In this document: in pieces, positions 58,106-64,000 of the stretch | Layout: every line of letters starts with the position of its first letter | Numbering within the stretch: the stretch's first letter is position 1 | Virus record (IMG/VR): IMGVR_UViG_3300028883_000003 | Coordinates: 1-64,000 of that record | Direction: 5' to 3' (one strand) | Source: a virus | Length of the DNA: 64,000 nt | Translations under genes and position numbers: made by a program | The notes under the pieces: model-generated | The model's input: the letters and a program-made list of their open reading frames with translations, nothing else | Database searches by the model: none | Told to the model about the DNA's origin: nothing

Positions 58106-58588
58106 TTATGTATAGCTAATATCCGAATCACTTGATCCACCTCGCATAAGTTTAGCAGTTTCAGCCTTCATAATACTCTGGATTATTGTTACTCTTTTGT
58201 CTAACTTTTCAGCAGCATTTGCCAAATAGGATACAATTTGAGTTTGGCGAATCGTCATAGTTTGAGTGTATAGTTTTCGATCAGCCTCAGACAAGCCTTG
58301 ACTCTTTTTTGTGTGATGCAAAGCTTGAAATATTTGCAGGTGGGTTTTAGCGTCAGATAAATACTGTCCCACCGTATAGGAAATAGTTGAATACTCAGAC
58401 ATAAGCTCAGGCAAGAGCCCTAAGTCGTTGTCAATTGGTATCTTAATCTTCTCGGCCACAGTTTTTAACAAGGGCTCGGCGGCGGCTAGAAACTCTTTGA
58501 AGTTTACTTCGATCTCATCTTGCTGGTCTTTGAGCATTTTTTGAATTGAGAATATATTCTCATCAACTGCTAGTGGTAACTTAATCAT
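58106..58588 (-). CDS. hypothetical helical protein
   Basis: 160 aa, first gene of the leftward block. Confidence 0.6.
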   Translation of the reverse strand: MIKLPLAVDENIFSIQKMLKDQQDEIEVNFKEFLAAAEPLLKTVAEKIKIPIDNDLGLLPELMSEYSTISYTVGQYLSDAKTHLQIFQALHHTKKSQGLSEADRKLYTQTMTIRQTQIVSYLANAAEKLDKRVTIIQSIMKAETAKLMRGGSSDSDISYT

Positions 58589-58757
58589 ATTTTCTTTAAC
58601 TCCAAAAGGTAGGGTATTGTTCCCGAAAGATCGACTTTTTTTGAAAAAATTTTAAATTTCGCGATAATTATTAATTCTTGAATACAGTTAGTAATATAAT
58701 ATATTTAAATCTAGAATACAGTAATTATAATAATATTATATATATAATAATATATTA

Positions 58758-58778
58758 ATATATATATATATATATATA
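58758..58778. repeat. (AT)n microsatellite in an AT-rich divergent intergenic region
   Basis: 21-nt alternating AT run. Confidence 0.85.
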
Positions 58779-58958
58779 ATTATATTATCTAGTATTTAAT
58801 ACTAACAGTATTATAATATTATTAGTATTAAGATAAGGGGTATTAAGTAATAATTTTTTGTTTTTTGACATAACAACAATTTAAAAATTAAAAAGTTCCC
58901 GAAAAAAATAATTTTTTTGCTTTTTTTAAAAAAAATTTAAAAAAGTTGATTTTTTTAG

Positions 58959-58985
58959 TACAAAATTCCTCCAAAGGGCCGATAT
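58959..58985 (+). promoter_or_regulatory. sigma-28-like promoter of the packaging/head operon
   Basis: TACAAAAT-N11-GCCGATAT, 25 nt before the ATG at 59011. Confidence 0.68.
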
Positions 58986-59010
58986 ATACTTAGGACGAAG
59001 GGAGATGTAA

Positions 59011-59832
59011 ATGGAAAAGAAGGTTTTATTTCGTATCAAGGACAACGATGCTAATGGTTTTTTGAGGGTCTTAGAAGACTTTTACCGGTTTTACAAAAAT
59101 AAACCAGAAGTGGAGGCTAAGTCTTTAGCAGCAGCCGGATTTGCTAACCTTATATCGGGGAATGACTTAGATGGCAAAAAGATTACCAATCCAAATTTGG
59201 TGTATTTTGACGAAATTTTATCCGTTGTTACCGAGAATTACTATACCCCATCACAAACAGCCAGATACCGTTACAAAAAGGCCAGTCGTTCAACTTTTGG
59301 CAGGCCGAAGAAAACAACAAAAACATCGACACAAATACTTTCTCCTGAAGAAAGTAAAGAAACCGAAAAGAAAATAGACAGAATCAAACATAACCTTTTG
59401 ACGGAATATCCTACTCTGGATAGGATAGATTTAGAAGAAAATATTGATAATTATTGCAAGTTGATTGTCAAAATAAATGAGTTAATGTCTGAGGCTGCGG
59501 CAGATAACACTATGGCAATCAAGAACTTAACTGATACACAAATTAAATTAGGTAGTTTTTTGGGAATTGACGAGGGAGAAAAGGCAAAGCAAAAATCAAT
59601 CGACGATCAGCAAAGTGTTGCCTCTTTGTCCTCCAAGTTCCAGAGAACCATTGATGAATTTCCAGAAATAATGGACAGAATGCGGTATAAGGAACTAAGG
59701 ATTTTATTGGAAAAGTATGATAGGCAAGAGATTAGCAGGGAACTTTTTGAAAACAGTGCTTACGCCGGTGTCACAGTAGATGCTGCTAGGGAGTTTATTA
59801 AGAAGCGTGAAGCAAAGTATGAGGCTAGTTAA
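59011..59832 (+). CDS. putative terminase small subunit
   Basis: positional only: helical protein immediately upstream of TerL. Confidence 0.45.
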   Translation: MEKKVLFRIKDNDANGFLRVLEDFYRFYKNKPEVEAKSLAAAGFANLISGNDLDGKKITNPNLVYFDEILSVVTENYYTPSQTARYRYKKASRSTFGRPKKTTKTSTQILSPEESKETEKKIDRIKHNLLTEYPTLDRIDLEENIDNYCKLIVKINELMSEAAADNTMAIKNLTDTQIKLGSFLGIDEGEKAKQKSIDDQQSVASLSSKFQRTIDEFPEIMDRMRYKELRILLEKYDRQEISRELFENSAYAGVTVDAAREFIKKREAKYEAS

Positions 59833-59834
59833 TT

Positions 59835-61646
59835 TTGGCAAAACCACAGTTTACAGCACGGGAACTAACTGATCGACTGTTCCCAATTTATTGGTATCGA
59901 AAGCATTTAGATGTTGCTTGTCGTGATTTATTGGGACTAGAATTAAGCCCACACCATTCCCTTATTTTGCGTGATTGGGGAAGGGGCAAACCTGTTAACC
60001 TATTATTTTCAAGTCGTGGTATGGGTAAATCGGTTTTAATGGCTATATTTTATCTTTTGATGGCTGTGCTATACCCAAATTTGAAAATGATTGCTGTAGC
60101 TGGTCAGGGTTATCGTGGCAGTAAATTTATTTTGATGGAATGTGAAAGAATTATTGAAGGCTATTTATCTGGGCAAAAAAGAGTAAAGTATATAAAAAAA
60201 TCGTTAAGGGATCGTACCAGAATAATTTTTAAAGACCCGGCTTATTGGTCAATTCAATTTTCTAATGGTTCAATAATTTATGGTATTCCTTTGGGGGCTA
60301 GTACTGATGGTTCTAATATTCGTGGTTTACGTGCACACATAATTGGTCAGGATGAGGCATTTTTGATTCCAACCAAACTTTATCAATCTGTTCTTGATCC
60401 TATGTCCAATGTTTTGTATGATCCCACTAAACCTGCTGATAAACAACAGATTAAAAATATGACGTTGGCCGTTTCAACTGCTGATTATTCGTTCAGAGAT
60501 TTTTATTTACAGTACGAATATTACAAATCAGTACTTGAGACCGAAGAACAAGTTGAAGTTGGTTTGAAAAAGCTAACTAAAGAAGACATATCAGTTTTTG
60601 AGTTCAACATTGATGACGCATACTATACGAGAAATGGAGAAAGAGTTCCTACGTGGGGTTTAGATTATGACCGAATGTTGAAGAAAAGAAATTCTCCAAC
60701 GACTGATATTAATTTATGGAATGCTGAAAATAAAAATATACCCCTTAACTTACAAGGTGGTTATTTTCCATTTGAATCAATTGAAGCAGGACAGAATGTA
60801 GTTTTAAAAACAGCTACTGAACAATATCCAGAGGCTTTAGATTCTTGTTCGGGGCAATGTATACTTGGAATTGATACCGCTCCAAGTGGTGACAACACAG
60901 CATTTGTTGTGATAAAAGCTGGCCCTTACAACTATGTGGACAAAGACGTAGAAAAATGTAAGACAGCAAATATGGGTAAACCTTGTCCGATCTTAGGAGT
61001 GGGGAGAGGCTGTACATTAACCTCCCATGCCCAAGTTATATTTGCCTACGAAGAGAACAAGATGAGCCAGCAGGATAGAATCAAGCTTATTTATGAATTG
61101 ATGAGTCGATACAACATCATATCAATCGCTATGGATGCCCGTGGCGGTGGGCTTGAACTATCCGATTTGTTAGCGGACCCGGAGTTTATTAAACAGTCTA
61201 TTCATTTTGATGCTAAACCGATCTTCGATCCGGAACGAAGACCAGAAGGAAAAGGCATGCCAATCCTTACTTTGTATAGCACCACTCAAGAACAGAACAT
61301 GTTGTTTAATGGCTATCTGAAGGGCATTATAACAAATCAGGTTCTTCTTTTCCCTAAGCCTTTGCGAGACCGGCCAGACAATCCAAGAATTTTAGAGATT
61401 GCTGGCCATGTGGAAACACTTACTAATCAAGTTGCCAGAATTAAAGCAATACCGTCTGGCAAAGGGATTAAATTTGACATAGAGAGTATAGACCCAAATA
61501 CCGGACGACGTGTGCCGGGTAAAAAAGATTTATATAGTGCGTTGTTGTACGCTTGTGGTAAGATGAGAGATTTGGTAGAGGTTCAATTAAGTCAAAGTGA
61601 CTTTTCCGTTGATGACCTACCATTACCAGCTGCTTTTAACATGTAA
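59835..61646 (+). CDS. terL: terminase large subunit
   Basis: SRGMGKS, IRGLRA..GQDEA, nuclease GIDTA..DNTA, AMDARGGG, KDLYSA. Confidence 0.9.
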   Translation: MAKPQFTARELTDRLFPIYWYRKHLDVACRDLLGLELSPHHSLILRDWGRGKPVNLLFSSRGMGKSVLMAIFYLLMAVLYPNLKMIAVAGQGYRGSKFILMECERIIEGYLSGQKRVKYIKKSLRDRTRIIFKDPAYWSIQFSNGSIIYGIPLGASTDGSNIRGLRAHIIGQDEAFLIPTKLYQSVLDPMSNVLYDPTKPADKQQIKNMTLAVSTADYSFRDFYLQYEYYKSVLETEEQVEVGLKKLTKEDISVFEFNIDDAYYTRNGERVPTWGLDYDRMLKKRNSPTTDINLWNAENKNIPLNLQGGYFPFESIEAGQNVVLKTATEQYPEALDSCSGQCILGIDTAPSGDNTAFVVIKAGPYNYVDKDVEKCKTANMGKPCPILGVGRGCTLTSHAQVIFAYEENKMSQQDRIKLIYELMSRYNIISIAMDARGGGLELSDLLADPEFIKQSIHFDAKPIFDPERRPEGKGMPILTLYSTTQEQNMLFNGYLKGIITNQVLLFPKPLRDRPDNPRILEIAGHVETLTNQVARIKAIPSGKGIKFDIESIDPNTGRRVPGKKDLYSALLYACGKMRDLVEVQLSQSDFSVDDLPLPAAFNM

Positions 61647-61655
61647 GGATTTATT

Positions 61656-63797
61656 GTGGCTTTATACGGGAATCGAACCAGATATAAGACTGGAAAAAAA
61701 CATAAAACTATTATTCGTTCATCCAAGCCAGTAAAAAACGTTGTTGCTGATGTAGATAAAAATATAGCTAATGCTGTAGCTATTCATACAGTTGTTAATT
61801 CGCGTACTGCTACGTCTGTTTTGACAACAGTTAATGATTATCAAAATCCTGACCTAAACAACAGAACAACAGTTGTTAATTTGTCCAGACAGTTGCGTTC
61901 TATTGAGGGCATATGTGCTTCAGTAGCAGACCTGTTGGCAGATTTTGGTGTGACCAAAGGTGCCTATTATTCTGACAGCGAAGAATTAAAACTTATGTTA
62001 AACAAGTGGGCTAATTTTGTAAATGGTCCAATTGCTTTGTCCAAACAAAAAGGAGTGGTTTTTCCTGTTCCCGGAATAAGATCATTGTCACGTAAAATTT
62101 TTGATGATTATATTACGGATGGTGATGCTGTCTTTACTTTGTTTTGGAAAAATGGTGTGAAGATGGACCCTAATGACACAGAGTCTTATTTCATACCTGT
62201 GTCCATAAAAACATTAGACACCGCTTCTTTGACAATTGATCCTGATTTAGCTAGTCTTGGTGTTGAGCGAATTGAGTTAAAATTCAGCAACGACACTTTA
62301 AAGCGTATTAAAGAACCTACTACGGATGCCGATAAGTTTTTAAGGGATAGTTTGCCTAAAGAGTGGTTAAAATTTATCAATAGTGGTGAGTCAATTATTT
62401 TGGATGCAAACGTAACTTATCATTTAAAGCGTAATGGGAAAGATTGGAAGGCATGGGGAGAGCCTTTATTCTTAAAGGCATTTAGTGCTGTTGCAGCTAA
62501 ACGAAGATTACAAGCCGTAGACGATGCAACTATTGATGGTCTTATTAATCGTTTTACTGTTTTTAAGTTAGGTCTTGAAGATAAAGATAAAAATCCGGCT
62601 TATCACATTCCTTCTAATGCTCGTACTCAAGCACTAATTGAAATTTTAACTAGTTCAAAAAGAACTAATGCTATCGTTTGGCCGGGTCCAGATTTGGATA
62701 TTATGGATATTGGTCCAGACGGTAAAATTTTGGAGTTTGACCAAAAGTATAAACAAGCTGATATTGATATCTTAAGAGCCCTGCACGTATCTCCTCTTTT
62801 GATTGATGGAGGTTCTACTGGACAATCTGCCAGAGACTGGGCTGCTTTTGTGAGTACTGAAGTTGGACTTGATGCTATTCGCAATGAATTAGAGCAGACC
62901 TTTACACAAATCGGTAAAGAAATAGCATTGGCCAATAAAATGGATTATGAGCAGCTTTATTACAAATTTGATACCCAAATGTTGAAGGATGAAAAAGCCG
63001 TAAGAGACTTTGCATTAAAAGTTTTTGAGCTTGGTGGTTTATCTGTGGAAACATTTGTTCGCACCATGGGGTATGATTTTAACACCGAGAAAACACTCAA
63101 AGAACGAGAGCAGTCAAGTGGTGTTTCTGATTTGTTTGTTAATCCTAATGTTCCGGGGTTTACTGGAAAAACACCAGATGGCGGCGATGGTCGTCCGCCG
63201 GGGAGTACTGATGACGAACCAAGGGAAGATAAAGATAAGTCTGCTGCTTCTAACCCGTTGGATAATGTTACTGTTTTTTATGGGATGTACAAACGAACAT
63301 TTGATTCTGTTATAAAAAACGTTAACTATCACTTGGCCATTAACCAAAAAAACATGGCCACTATGACTCTTATAGCAGGCTTTAACCAATTTAAACTTTT
63401 GGTTGATTCACAATTAAACAATACATTTTTGAAATATTCTGGTGGTAATGTAACGGGGTATTTGGAAAAGTTATTGCAGTGGAATGAAAATTATATTACT
63501 CGTTTTTATCAACAGGCAGCAACGGCTTTAGAAACAAGTCAAGAAGATTTCAATTTGTTGGCTAAAAAAAGCGATGAGCGTATTTTGATGTATGCACAGG
63601 AAAGTTTTAGAAAGGCCAAGTGGGTTGGTTTGATGGCATTGGCTAAACTAGAAGGCAAAACCAAAGCTATTTGGTCTTGTGATAACCCGCAAAATATAAC
63701 ATGTGTTGAAAACAATGGAAAATCTTTTGATTTGGATATTTTGGTTGGCATGTTTCCAAGTCATCCTAATTGCAAGTGCACATTGGAGTTTATGTAA
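61656..63797 (+). CDS. portal protein with C-terminal MuF-like (minor head) domain
   Basis: follows TerL; portal-like core (YHLKR, WGEP.F.KA); C-terminal C..C..NG..F...P.HPNCKC. Confidence 0.72.
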   Translation: MALYGNRTRYKTGKKHKTIIRSSKPVKNVVADVDKNIANAVAIHTVVNSRTATSVLTTVNDYQNPDLNNRTTVVNLSRQLRSIEGICASVADLLADFGVTKGAYYSDSEELKLMLNKWANFVNGPIALSKQKGVVFPVPGIRSLSRKIFDDYITDGDAVFTLFWKNGVKMDPNDTESYFIPVSIKTLDTASLTIDPDLASLGVERIELKFSNDTLKRIKEPTTDADKFLRDSLPKEWLKFINSGESIILDANVTYHLKRNGKDWKAWGEPLFLKAFSAVAAKRRLQAVDDATIDGLINRFTVFKLGLEDKDKNPAYHIPSNARTQALIEILTSSKRTNAIVWPGPDLDIMDIGPDGKILEFDQKYKQADIDILRALHVSPLLIDGGSTGQSARDWAAFVSTEVGLDAIRNELEQTFTQIGKEIALANKMDYEQLYYKFDTQMLKDEKAVRDFALKVFELGGLSVETFVRTMGYDFNTEKTLKEREQSSGVSDLFVNPNVPGFTGKTPDGGDGRPPGSTDDEPREDKDKSAASNPLDNVTVFYGMYKRTFDSVIKNVNYHLAINQKNMATMTLIAGFNQFKLLVDSQLNNTFLKYSGGNVTGYLEKLLQWNENYITRFYQQAATALETSQEDFNLLAKKSDERILMYAQESFRKAKWVGLMALAKLEGKTKAIWSCDNPQNITCVENNGKSFDLDILVGMFPSHPNCKCTLEFM

Positions 63798-64000
63798 TGG
63801 AATTAGATCATACTAAAAGAGAGCAAGCAATACAGGAGTTAGAAAATATCAGTTTTGTTCGAGAGTCTGGCCAATACCAGATGTCCACTGGACATATTAT
63901 AACTAGGCTTTTACCAAATCTTTTAACATCCTCTTATTGCCAAATATTTGAATCAGTTTACAATGAGTATAGTAATAAACCGAATGGAATGCCTGTTCAT
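63797..64000 (+). CDS. partial ORF running off the window end
   Basis: ATG overlaps the portal stop (TAATG); frame open to the end. Confidence 0.55.
   Translation, partial: MELDHTKREQAIQELENISFVRESGQYQMSTGHIITRLLPNLLTSSYCQIFESVYNEYSNKPNGMPVH

Noticed and set aside
1-64000. Alternative genetic code (stop-codon reassignment) as in some large phages
   Set aside because: PolA, TerL, portal, GTs and MoxR are full length in the standard code, TAA/TAG/TGA all end tightly packed genes, and no suppressor tRNA is seen.
1-64000. CRISPR array, integrase, transposase, or nucleus/tubulin genes
   Set aside because: No regularly spaced repeat-spacer array and no recognisable motifs for these proteins in the window.

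Overview
This 64 kb window is part of a large, AT-rich, apparently lytic tailed phage genome read with the standard genetic code; no integrase, CRISPR array or rRNA is visible. The host is probably Gram-negative, inferred from a beta-barrel gene and a heptose pathway. There are four transcription blocks. (1) Leftward, 1-25.5 kb: many small early genes, a RuvB-like motor, a MoxR/VWA pair, an RNA ligase, an ECF sigma factor, a GGQ release-factor-like protein, a macrodomain and 2 tRNAs. (2) Rightward, 26.5-37.3 kb, after a ~1 kb non-coding divergence region: small genes, an HD protein, an FN3 protein, Hsp20, 7 tRNAs and a candidate structured RNA. (3) Leftward, 37.3-58.6 kb: RuvC, HU, a beta-barrel/holin-like/FliA-like sigma operon, PolA, SSB, a 12 kb nucleotide-heptose/glycosyltransferase cluster, HNH, dNMP kinase and MazG. 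(4) Rightward from 59 kb: putative TerS, TerL and a portal-MuF fusion. The main unexplained signal is about 30 paralogous 60-95 aa micro-proteins with variable N-termini and a shared N-[S/P/T/N]-x-F-x-x-F hydrophobic core. Other leads are sigma-28-like promoters matching the phage FliA-like sigma, nine all-U34 tRNAs (two with C33, one Ile-UAU), a stand-alone copy of the MoxR C-terminal domain, and a rod-shaped 6S-like RNA candidate. All family assignments come from motif recognition by eye; no database searches were run.
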